A stretch of 14,809 nt of DNA from Armatimonadota bacterium (GTDB taxonomy: Bacteria > Armatimonadota > Zipacnadia > Zipacnadales > UBA5352), in the NCBI GenBank assembly GCA_034722055.1, contig JAYENL010000028.1:1-14809 (forward strand), in the 5' to 3' direction. This document shows positions 1 to 6,656 of this stretch, piece after piece; positions within the stretch are counted from its first letter, which is position 1; every line of letters starts with the position of its first letter. Below the pieces are notes generated by a model. It searched no databases. It saw only the letters and a program-made list of their open reading frames with translations, and was not told where the DNA came from. The position numbers and the translations under genes were made by a program.

Positions 1-223
1 GAAACCGCCCTGCGGGGCGGGATGAAGCGGCGGATAGCTTCCGGCGCGGCTCGACCGTGCCGGAACACCATAAAAAGCCGCAAAATGATGATAAAACTCC
101 GCCGAAAAGGCGGAGCGGAGGGTTACATCGTGATGTGGAGAAGCTCCTGTCCCTGCCCTGCGGCGGAAAAGAGAGACGTCAGATCCCGCCCCACGGCAGC
201 AGACGCCCATTCTTCAGCAGTCA
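1..223. mobile_element. Hairpin-rich non-coding DNA abutting the truncated prepilin; probable end of an inserted element, continuing past the left edge
   Basis: No credible ORF. Stems at 5-20, 39-65 (11 bp with one G-T), 97-115 and 125-136, plus a 10-bp inverted repeat 14-23/183-192. Abrupt junction with coding sequence at 223/224. Confidence 0.45.
82..115 (-). terminator. Intrinsic terminator-like hairpin downstream of the prepilin fragment
   Basis: Minus strand reads CTCCGCC-TTTTC-GGCGGAG (7-bp GC-rich stem) followed by TTTTATCATCATTTT. Confidence 0.6.
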
Positions 224-274
224 GATGATCGCGATCACCACCAGCAGTTCGATCAGCGTGAAGCCACGTCGCAT
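221..274 (-). pseudogene. Prepilin-type N-terminal cleavage/methylation (type IV pilin-like, DUF1559-type) gene 5' fragment, 17 aa MRRGFTLIELLVVIAII then TGA
   Basis: Textbook class III signal G|FTLIE with E+5. RBS GAAGGAGG (GGAGG 8 nt before the ATG at 274). The usual continuation of the hydrophobic helix (e.g. AILAAILFPVF) is absent; a stop follows ATC ATC directly. Confidence 0.9.
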
Positions 275-361
275 CTCTACCGCCTCCTTCTCGCCCACTG
301 TAGGATCACCTATTGGAAGGATTCTTGAAGCCTCCCCACCCCTGGCACTCACCATCATCAT

Positions 362-388
362 ATTGTACCCCGCGTGGTGCGTTGTCAA
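362..388 (-). promoter_or_regulatory. Sigma70-type promoter for the prepilin gene
   Basis: Minus strand TTGACA (388-383), 15-nt spacer, TACAAT (367-362), in an AT-richer patch about 90 nt upstream of the ATG. The spacer is shorter than optimal. Confidence 0.6.
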
Positions 389-514
389 GGATATCGCGCA
401 TATTGGGCCGGAATTCGCTCCCCTTGCTGGCGCAGCGCATCCTCGCCCAAGCGGCGAGTCAATACCGATGCGCCCACGTAAGCCATGTTTCTGGGGTGAC
501 AGCGGCGCCACCGC

Positions 515-1819
515 TCACTGCTCCTGCGGCAGCAGCGACCGCTCCTCGAAGCGGTTCGTCCCCGGGTTGTACTCGTAGTACGCTAGCCATGTGTCCTTCG
601 CGATCCGCGTTGTCTGGGTCGTGGCCTCGTGATGGACCTCCGGGAGCGCGTCGAACACGAAGTCGCCGTCCAGCCGACCGGCGATCAGTATGGGGACCGG
701 CCGCTGCGCGTACTCGAAGCCCGGCTGCTGCTCCGGCTCCGGAGGCGCATGCTCCTTCACCCCGACGGGACCCTCCGGCACCGGGACGTACTCCCACCTC
801 TGCCCGTCCTCGGGTCGGCGGAACCACGCCGAGACCGCGGCGTAGTGGTTGTTGCGCAGCCTCAGCCGCCGGGCGCCCTGGACGACGATGCAGGCGTTGT
901 CGGAGAAGTCGTTGCGCCGCCACCCGTGGCCGTAGTAGCCCCAGAACAGGTTCGTGTCAATGGTCGTCTGCCAGGGCGTCCTGACGCCGATGTGGTTGCC
1001 GTTGGCCTCGAAGTAGCTTCCGGCGATGACGGTCTGAGCGCTATCCAGCAGCAGGATTCCATAGCCCTTGTTGGCCTCAAAGATGGAGCCGGAGATGTGC
1101 TGGCCATTGGAGGCCCACTGCCCCCGGTCGGGGCCGATCACCAGCCCGTGATGGTGATTGCGTCGGAAGGTGCAGTTGGTGATGCCGATGTTGTTCCCGT
1201 GGTTCTGGATGATCATCCCCACGTCATTGCCGCGGAAGAGGCATTCGGCGAAGAAGACCTGCCACGAGTGATTGATGTGCACGCCCACCTTCTGGCCCAG
1301 GAACCTGACGCTGCGGAAGGTGGTGTTCTTGGGCACCCGCTCCGACCAGGGCACCGAGACGCCCACGCCGCCGTGGCGCTGCTCGCGGTCGAAGGTCAGG
1401 CCCTCGATGGTGAAGCTGGCGCCCTCCCTGCCGCCGGGCCCCTGCACCACCATGATCGGCGGACCGTGCTCGGCCTCCTCCGGCTCGACGTCGCTCCACT
1501 CCTGCGCGTCCAGCGCCGCCGTTGCCAGCAGCGTCGCGCCGTAGCCCACCATGTGCAGGCCCCACTGGCCCGGACCGGTGCCCAGCCGAATGGTGCTGCT
1601 GACGCGATAGACCCCCGGTGGCAGCACGATGGTCCCGCCCGGCGACTCCTCCGACGAGAAGGAGTCGATGGCCGCCTGGATGGCCGGCGACCAGTCGCCC
1701 TCCTCGGCCAGCTCCGCGTAGTCCTGCACGTTCACGGCCACCTGCTGCGAAGGCGTCTCGCCATCCGCCATCCACTGCGCCGGCGGCAGCAGAAACGCTG
1801 TCACGATCGCCGCCATCAT
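515..1819 (-). CDS. Right-handed parallel beta-helix (pectate lyase-like) protein, probably exported, about 434 aa
   Basis: N-terminal motif VNVQDY...DWSPAIQAAID...GGTIVLPPGVYRVS typical of Pectate_lyase_3/GH28-like proteins; beta-helix repeats (CLFRGNDVGM, CTFRRNHHHGL, SIFEANKGYGI, SYFEANG). Start placed at MMAAIV downstream of GGGGAG; exact start uncertain. Confidence 0.8.
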   Translation of the reverse strand: MMAAIVTAFLLPPAQWMADGETPSQQVAVNVQDYAELAEEGDWSPAIQAAIDSFSSEESPGGTIVLPPGVYRVSSTIRLGTGPGQWGLHMVGYGATLLATAALDAQEWSDVEPEEAEHGPPIMVVQGPGGREGASFTIEGLTFDREQRHGGVGVSVPWSERVPKNTTFRSVRFLGQKVGVHINHSWQVFFAECLFRGNDVGMIIQNHGNNIGITNCTFRRNHHHGLVIGPDRGQWASNGQHISGSIFEANKGYGILLLDSAQTVIAGSYFEANGNHIGVRTPWQTTIDTNLFWGYYGHGWRRNDFSDNACIVVQGARRLRLRNNHYAAVSAWFRRPEDGQRWEYVPVPEGPVGVKEHAPPEPEQQPGFEYAQRPVPILIAGRLDGDFVFDALPEVHHEATTQTTRIAKDTWLAYYEYNPGTNRFEERSLLPQEQ

Positions 1820-2013
1820 GCTGTCATCGCTCTCCCCTGTGCGCGGTCTCACGTCGGCGTGGGGTATTCGTCGCCTGAGACGCTCAGGCCTTCTCAGTCG
1901 CCCGCCGCGTGACAGCACTACTCAGGTCAGCCTGCGTGCGCGGGAGGACCAGAGCGTCGGGCCGCCGAACTACCGCTCCGTGACGCAGCAGGCAGGGACC
2001 CAAGGAGCCTGGC

Positions 2014-4020
2014 ATGACTCGCGCGCAGAAGATGTTCTCCGAGGCTCTCATCGTCATCGGGCTGCTGGCCGCGGTCTGGATCGCGGTGGGACGGGTGATG
2101 GTGGAGCAGACCAACCTGACTGTGGGCATGGCCGTGGACTGGCAGGAGGTGGTGCGGCTCGCCGCCTCCGAGGGCGTCGGCCCCCGGGACGTGCTGGTGG
2201 CCCTCGAGTCCGCCGGCGCCACGCACCTGGCCGTGCCCGAGGAGGCACTCTCGGACCTCACCGAGCGCGGCGAGGTGGCGCTGTTTCGCCGCGGCGATGT
2301 GGATGTGGTCGAGGTCTATGGCGACGACGATGCGACGCTCCAGCGCGTGGCGCAGGCCCTCAAGGCCCGCTTCCCGGGCACATACCAGAAGACCACCATG
2401 CCGGACGGGGAAACCTGGCTGAGCGTGCCCGCTGCAGCGGTTTCGGTGCCCGACGCCGGGGTGGGCTATCCCCGCGCGGCGCTGGCGACGGCGAATGCCC
2501 TCGGGCTGAGGCTCGTGGTCCGGCCCAGGTGGCAGGGCGTGCGAACGCCGGCCGCGATCAGCCACGTTATGCAGGCCGCCGGCGACGCCCGCGCGGAGAT
2601 GGTGGTCTTCGACGGGGAGCAGGTGGTGGGCTTTCCGGAGCATGTGGATGTCACGGCACAGAAGATACGGCAGATGGGCCTGACCTTCGGGCTGATCGAG
2701 CTGGTGCCTCAGTTCGGCGCGAGCAGGCTGGCCATGCGTCTTCGCCATCAGCTCGTGCGCGTGCACAGCATCACGGAGCCGGAGATGCGGACCATCGGTC
2801 GGCGGCGCGCGGTGGAGCGCCTCGTGCGCGCCGCCCGGGAGCGGGGAGTCCGCCTGCTCTATGTGCGCATGCTGCCGGCATCCGACGCTGGCCTGCTGGA
2901 GGGGAATGCCGAGTATCTGCGCGATGTGCAATCGGGACTGCGCGCCGCCGGGCTCAAGACCGGCGTGCCGCGGCCGCACGCGCCCTTCTCGACCGCGCCC
3001 TGGCGCCTGGCGCTCGTGCAGCTTGGCGTAGTGGGCGCCGCCCTGTGGCTGCTGCAGGCCCTCTTCGGCCTGAAAGGCGGGCACTTCTGGCCGCTGGCGG
3101 CGGTGCTGATCGCCGGGGGCGCGGCGGCGATGTTCGTGGCCCAGGACCTGGGGCGCACGGTGGCGGCACTGGGCGCCGCCGTGCTCCTGCCCATCATCGC
3201 GGTGTGCTATGCGGGCCGGGCAGCCACCGCTCCGGCAGGGGGCAGGCCCGGCCTGCTGCGGGCGCTCCCGGAGGTGATCGGGGCCTTCCTGATTGTGTGT
3301 GCCGTAAGCGCCTTCGGCGGCCTGCTGGTGGTGGGCCTGCTCGGGGACACGACCTTCATGATCAAGGTGGCGCAGTTCAGGGGCGTGAAGGTCGCGCAGC
3401 TCCTCCCCATCCTGGTGGTGGCGCTGGTCTGGCGGGCGCGATCCACCGGGAGCTACCAGCGGGCGGTCTCGGAGGCCACGCCCGAGATGGTGGACTACCG
3501 CTCCGGCGAGACGGTGGCGGAGTGGCCGGCGCTGTGGCGGGGCCTCCGGGAGGCCTTCGCGAGCCTGGTGGCCTACTGGCACGTGGCGGCGGCCTTCGCC
3601 GCGCTGGTGCTGCTGGCGCTGCTGATGCTGCGCTCGGGGAATCAGCCCGAGGGAGCGGTGCTGCCCATGGAGCTGGAGATACGCTCCCTGCTCGACCGCC
3701 TGCTGGTTGTGCGCCCGCGCACCAAGGAGGTCTTTCTGGGCCACCCGGTGATGCTCCTGGGGCTGCTCCTGGCGCTGCGCGCCCAGCGGCGGGGGCTGTG
3801 GATCGCGCTGGCCGTGGGCACTATCGGACAGATCTCGCTGGTGAACTCCTTCTGTCACATTCACACGCCGCTACTGCTGACGCTGATGCGAGTGCTCAAC
3901 GGCATGTGGCTCGGGGCCGTCGGCGGCCTGGTGCTCTGCGCCGTCTGGGACGCTCTGGGCGGCGCGCCGCAGCCGGAGGCCGAGCCGGCCCCGCCCGAGC
4001 AGCCCGGCGATGAGCAATGA
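2014..4020 (+). CDS. DUF5693 family membrane protein, 668 aa
   Basis: N-terminal TM helix, large extracytoplasmic domain, multi-TM C-terminus with QFRGVK, RPRTKEVFLGHP and GQISLVNSFCHIHTP motifs. RBS AAGGAG. ATGA overlap with csaB, its usual neighbour. Confidence 0.85.
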   Translation: MTRAQKMFSEALIVIGLLAAVWIAVGRVMVEQTNLTVGMAVDWQEVVRLAASEGVGPRDVLVALESAGATHLAVPEEALSDLTERGEVALFRRGDVDVVEVYGDDDATLQRVAQALKARFPGTYQKTTMPDGETWLSVPAAAVSVPDAGVGYPRAALATANALGLRLVVRPRWQGVRTPAAISHVMQAAGDARAEMVVFDGEQVVGFPEHVDVTAQKIRQMGLTFGLIELVPQFGASRLAMRLRHQLVRVHSITEPEMRTIGRRRAVERLVRAARERGVRLLYVRMLPASDAGLLEGNAEYLRDVQSGLRAAGLKTGVPRPHAPFSTAPWRLALVQLGVVGAALWLLQALFGLKGGHFWPLAAVLIAGGAAAMFVAQDLGRTVAALGAAVLLPIIAVCYAGRAATAPAGGRPGLLRALPEVIGAFLIVCAVSAFGGLLVVGLLGDTTFMIKVAQFRGVKVAQLLPILVVALVWRARSTGSYQRAVSEATPEMVDYRSGETVAEWPALWRGLREAFASLVAYWHVAAAFAALVLLALLMLRSGNQPEGAVLPMELEIRSLLDRLLVVRPRTKEVFLGHPVMLLGLLLALRAQRRGLWIALAVGTIGQISLVNSFCHIHTPLLLTLMRVLNGMWLGAVGGLVLCAVWDALGGAPQPEAEPAPPEQPGDEQ

Positions 4021-5099
4021 GGATCGTCCTGTCCGGGTACTATGGCTTCGGCAACGCCGGCGATGAGGCTGTGCTCAGTGCCGCCGTCACCGAGCTCAGA
4101 CGGCGGCTGCCGGAGGCCGAGCTCGCGGCGCTGTCGGCCGACCCACGCGCGACCGAGGACGCCCACGGCGTGCGGGCGGCGCAACGCTGGCCGCCCGGGC
4201 CGCTCTGGCGCGCCATCGCCTCGGCGGACCTGATGCTCTCCGGCGGTGGGAGCCTCCTGCAGGACGCCACGAGCCTCCGGTCGCTGGGGTACTACCTGCT
4301 GACAATGGAGCTGGCCCGCCGCGCCGGCGTCCCCTACGCCATCCTCTCGCAGGGCCTGGGGCCGCTGCAGAGCTGGCTGGGGCGGCGGCTGGCAGGGCAC
4401 TACCTGCGCGGCGCCGGGGCCGTGACCGTGCGCGATCAGCAATCGGCGGACCTCGCGCGCACGCTCGGCGTCCCGGAGGCACTCATAACGGTGGGAGCGG
4501 ACCCGGGCCTGCTGCTCGAGCCCGCCAGCGCGGGCGAGGCCAGAGCGATCCTGCAGGAGGCCGGTGCGGAGGTCGGCCGACCGCTGACGGGCATCGTCAT
4601 GCGGGAGTGGCGTGGAGCCTACCAGGCGCTCCCAGCCCTTGCGGCTATCGGCCGCGCGGCGATCGAGCAGTGGCAGGCCGGGGTCGTGCTGCTGCCCTTC
4701 CAGGTGCCGGCGGACCTGGAGATCACGCATGAGCTGGCCTCGCTGCTACCGCACAGCGCGGTCGTCGCGGAGCCGCTGCACCCCAGGGCCTTGATGGCCG
4801 TGATCGGGCAGCTTGAGATGGTAGTGGCGATGCGCCTGCACGCGCTGGTGTTCGCGGCGGCCCAGGCTGTGCCGGCGCTGGGCGTGGCCTACGACCCGAA
4901 GGTGGCGGCGCTGTGCCGGGCGGCCGAGCAGGCTTGCGCGCCGCTGGAGGAGCGCCAGCGCCTCGCGGAGCTGGCGGAGGAGACCTGGCGGTCCCGCGAG
5001 AGCCAGGCGGAGGTGCGTCGGCGGCGGGCGGTGGAGCTGCGCCAGCGAGCGGCGCGCTGCTTCGACGTCATCGAGCGCCTCTGCCAGGAGCTGTCGTAG
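4017..5099 (+). CDS. csaB: Polysaccharide pyruvyl transferase CsaB
   Basis: SGYYGFGNAGDEA, SGGGSLLQDATSLRSLGYYL, QGLGP, VRD, MRLHAL and YDPKV motifs. Confidence 0.93.
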   Translation: MRIVLSGYYGFGNAGDEAVLSAAVTELRRRLPEAELAALSADPRATEDAHGVRAAQRWPPGPLWRAIASADLMLSGGGSLLQDATSLRSLGYYLLTMELARRAGVPYAILSQGLGPLQSWLGRRLAGHYLRGAGAVTVRDQQSADLARTLGVPEALITVGADPGLLLEPASAGEARAILQEAGAEVGRPLTGIVMREWRGAYQALPALAAIGRAAIEQWQAGVVLLPFQVPADLEITHELASLLPHSAVVAEPLHPRALMAVIGQLEMVVAMRLHALVFAAAQAVPALGVAYDPKVAALCRAAEQACAPLEERQRLAELAEETWRSRESQAEVRRRRAVELRQRAARCFDVIERLCQELS

Positions 5100-5146
5100 C
5101 GTCTGTTGGCAGCCAGAGATGCCTGGCCACGGGGAAGGCTCGCTTC

Positions 5147-5169
5147 GTGGCGCAGGCTGGAAGCCTGCG
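5147..5169 (+). repeat. REP-like hairpin (GTGG plus 8-bp stem)
   Basis: GTGG-CGCAGGCT-GGA-AGCCTGCG. Confidence 0.6.
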
Positions 5170-5186
5170 GTTGGTGGCAGGCAAGC

Positions 5187-5349
5187 GTGACGCTGCTGTT
5201 CTCCGGGATAGAACCTGCGTTCTATCTGCGTGCAGGAGCACTCTGCGGCGCCTGTGAGCCCGCTTTCGAGACTCTCCCATCACTCCGGCGCCATCGCCCT
5301 CGCCCGACCGTAGCCCGGCGCAAAAAGCCCGCCAGAACAGCAGCGTCAC
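5187..5349. mobile_element. 163-bp MITE-like element with perfect 16-bp terminal inverted repeats
   Basis: GTGACGCTGCTGTTCT (5187-5202) and AGAACAGCAGCGTCAC (5334-5349); internal 8-bp hairpin GATAGAAC-CTGC-GTTCTATC (5207-5226). No target-site duplication seen. Confidence 0.55.
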
Positions 5350-5396
5350 TCCCGCCCGTGCGCCGTTCTCTACAGGAGCGGCAACGAGCCGAAGCG

Positions 5397-6167
5397 TCAG
5401 AGGTCAAACTCCGCCAGCAGGGGCGCGTGATCCGAGGGCTTCTCGGCGCGGCGGGGGGCCAGGTCGATCCAGCAGCGCGTGCTCAGCCTCGCCAGCGGCT
5501 TCGTGGCCATGGTGTGATCCACGCGCCAGCCGTGCCCCTTTTGCAGGGACTGCGTGTCGCGGTAGTCGTAGAAGGTGAACTGCCCGTCCTCGTCATTGTG
5601 CCGGCGGAAAACGTCCACGAAGCCCCACTCGGCGGTGTGCGCGAAGGCCGCCCGCGCATCCGGATGGAAGTCCGGGTGGTTCCCGAGGCGCTTCGGGGCG
5701 TAGACATCCCGCTCGGTGGGCGCCACGTTCATATCGCCGACCCACAGGATGCGCTTGCGCGGCGTCCACCTGCGTTCGAACAGATCCCGCAGCCGCCGCA
5801 GCCAGTCGAGCTTGTAGCGGAAGGCCTCGTCCTCGGGATCGCGTCCCTGCGGCACGTAGGTGTTGACCACCGGCAGCCGGCCGATCTGCACGATCAGCAG
5901 CCGCGAGGCGTCGCTGGGCTCCTCGTCGAAGCCCTGATCGGTCACCTCCATCTTCAGCCGGCTGGCGGTCGCCACGCCGTTGTACGACTTCTCGCCCGCA
6001 AAGGCGACCTCGTAGCCCATGGCCTCGAAGGGCTCGGCCGGGAAGTCCTCGTCCGCGACCTTCGTCTCCTGCATGCACAGCACGTCCGGCTCCTGGTCCT
6101 CCACGAAGGCCTCGACAACCGGGATACGAGCGCGGATGGAGTTGACGTTCCAGGTGGCGATGCGCAT
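5397..6167 (-). CDS. xth: Exodeoxyribonuclease III (AP endonuclease)
   Basis: MRIATWNVNSIRAR, DVLCMQETK, YNGVA, YVPQG, GDMNVAP, WRVDH and PSDHAP motifs; RBS GGAGG. Confidence 0.95.
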   Translation of the reverse strand: MRIATWNVNSIRARIPVVEAFVEDQEPDVLCMQETKVADEDFPAEPFEAMGYEVAFAGEKSYNGVATASRLKMEVTDQGFDEEPSDASRLLIVQIGRLPVVNTYVPQGRDPEDEAFRYKLDWLRRLRDLFERRWTPRKRILWVGDMNVAPTERDVYAPKRLGNHPDFHPDARAAFAHTAEWGFVDVFRRHNDEDGQFTFYDYRDTQSLQKGHGWRVDHTMATKPLARLSTRCWIDLAPRRAEKPSDHAPLLAEFDL

Positions 6168-6179
6168 GATGCGCCTCCA

Positions 6180-6214
6180 GTGAGCGACGAGCTGTGAGCT
6201 TTCAGCTATCAGCT
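6180..6214. repeat. Five degenerate heptamer tandem repeats in the xth leader
   Basis: GTGAGCG ACGAGCT GTGAGCT TTCAGCT ATCAGCT. Confidence 0.6.
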
Positions 6215-6235
6215 ACCGAGTCTCACCGAACAGTC

Positions 6236-6490
6236 GGGCGTCCGTGAAGTGCTTCTGCAGGGCGCGCGGGGGGGACCTTTCGCCCGTTGCTGTAGGGCGC
6301 GGACCAGTGCCGCGCCGGTCGTTGCGGCTGCCCGTGCGCCGTCGTGGCGCTCGAACCATTGCACGATTCTGGGAGGCGGGCGCCCTCGCCCGCCTGCGAT
6401 CCGAAGGCCGGCTCGACGGCCGAACGAGAGCGACCGGGCACGAGCCCTTCGTGCGAGTGCAGGGCGGCCTCGGTGACTTCGCCGACGGGC
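6236..6490. repeat. Palindrome cluster, REP/MITE-like, between divergent xth and exporter genes
   Basis: GTAG-GGCGCGG-n7-CCGCGCC (6292-6316), AGGCGGGCG-CCCT-CGCCCGCCT (6374-6395), GCACGA-n5-TCGTGC (6438-6454); imperfect 11/15 end inverted repeat 6236-6250/6476-6490. Confidence 0.5.
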
Positions 6491-6528
6491 TGTGAACACC
6501 TGCCGGCACGCGCGCAGGCAGAATCCGC

Positions 6529-6556
6529 GCAGGAGGAAATGAACACCCATCGAATA
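6529..6556 (+). promoter_or_regulatory. SigH/ECF-like promoter of the exporter operon
   Basis: GC-AGGA-N17-GAAT, resembling the Bacillus sigma-H consensus, about 100 nt upstream of ATG 6657. Confidence 0.45.
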
Positions 6557-6656
6557 CCCACGAGGGGGCAATGAGAGAGAGTCCGTTACGTGCGGAGGGT
6601 GACGGGTGCGGCCCGCCGGTCCGGACCGCGTATGGGGGCATGAGTGGAGGCGTCAG

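Noticed and set aside
87..229. GATGAT repeated at 87-92 and 224-229 as a target-site duplication
   Set aside because: Removing the interval gives ...IAII-ILRLFMVFRH, not a pilin continuation, and a 6-bp match in 200 nt is weak evidence.
275..511. 96-aa ORF with a long extension before the prepilin motif
   Set aside because: The extension spans the promoter and RBS; the real start is ATG 274.
629..4013. Long antisense or alternate-frame ORFs (629-1912, 1818-4013, 1927-3864)
   Set aside because: Shadow ORFs of high-GC genes with no motifs, overlapping well-supported CDSs.
5106..6197. 363-aa plus-strand ORF
   Set aside because: Antisense shadow of xth plus intergenic repeats.
6209..6641. Several 75-142 aa ORFs in the xth-exporter gap, and MNTHRIPTRGQ after AGGAGG
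   Set aside because: R/A/P-rich composition with no motifs. The AGGAGG is only 2 nt from the ATG and is better explained as part of the promoter motif.
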